A DNA stretch of 64,000 nucleotides from assembly GCA_963806535.1 (NCBI GenBank), contig CAWDYC010000007.1, positions 160,001 to 224,000 of the forward strand, read 5' to 3'. Of this stretch, positions 63,582-64,000 are shown piece by piece. The notes beneath the pieces were generated by a model. It was not told where the DNA came from and did no database searches. It saw only the letters and a program-made list of their open reading frames with translations. The position numbers and the translations under genes are program-made. The stretch is from Candidatus Bathyarchaeota archaeon. Its GTDB lineage: Archaea; Thermoproteota; Bathyarchaeia; Bathyarchaeales; Bathycorpusculaceae. Within the stretch, counting starts at the first letter, position 1, and each line of letters begins with the position of its first letter.

Positions 63582-63962
63582 TCATTGGCCCTGACCTCTT
63601 ACAGCGCCGAAATGGCCTCCAACAGTGGAAACGCTAGTTTTCTTTAATTCGCCTCTCTTGAACTTCTCAACGACTTCTCTAATAGTTCCAGAAGCATCTG
63701 TCATTATTTCTATGCCTGCCGCCGATAATGCCCTGAAAGCGTTAGGTCCGACATTCCCAGTTATCAGCACTTTTGCGCCTTTGTTTGCGATTGTTTGTGC
63801 TGCATAGATTCCTGCGCCTTCCCTTGTGCCTGCCGCCAAGTTTGGAATGGCTTCAAACTGCATAGTTTCGGTATCTATAATTATCAGATAAGCGCATCTG
63901 GCGAATCGAGGGTCTAATTGGGCTTCCAAACTGTTTGAAGTTGAGCTTAAACATACTTTCAT
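63582..63962 (-). CDS. NifB/NifX-family cofactor-binding protein
   Basis: LDPRFARC, GAGI and ITGNVGPNAF. Confidence 0.9.
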   Translation of the reverse strand: MKVCLSSTSNSLEAQLDPRFARCAYLIIIDTETMQFEAIPNLAAGTREGAGIYAAQTIANKGAKVLITGNVGPNAFRALSAAGIEIMTDASGTIREVVEKFKRGELKKTSVSTVGGHFGAVRGQGQ

Positions 63963-64000
63963 TTTTTATTCTCCCTTGTCTTAATTAGTAATTATCTATC

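Overview
64 kb of archaeal chromosome, most likely Bathyarchaeia. This is inferred from the gene content: an archaeal CODH/ACS cdhABCDE operon, Topo VI, aIF5B, thermosome, TrmY, a class III pilin, roadblock proteins and PQQ/NosD-type surface proteins. Many essential genes are broken by single-base indels (ABCE1, top6A, cgi121, purM/L/Q/D/F, cdhE), which points to uncorrected long-read errors rather than pseudogenes. The main blocks are: (i) housekeeping and information genes with two tRNAs (Thr-CGT, Gly-CCC); (ii) an 11-kb de novo purine cluster, with purM-purS-purL-purQ converging on purF-purD; (iii) the cooC-cooC-cdhABCDE acetyl-CoA synthase operon; (iv) a redox and metal-handling region. 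Top finding: the purine cluster encodes steps 1, 2, 4 and 5 but no GAR transformylase (PurN/PurT). Instead, an EhaR-like HAD hydrolase, an EhaS/Ftr-II formyltransferase paralogue and an EhaT-like PfkB kinase are translationally coupled behind purD. This is a candidate H4MPT/methanofuran-dependent route for the missing archaeal GAR formylation step. Other findings include an AAA-ATPase gene bracketed by 17-bp palindromic repeats inside a duplicated cdhE 3' end, a dispersed double-hairpin repeat family, a tRNA-Thr with a rewired D/T-loop elbow, and unannotated micro-ORFs. All family calls come from motif recognition by eye; no database search was run.
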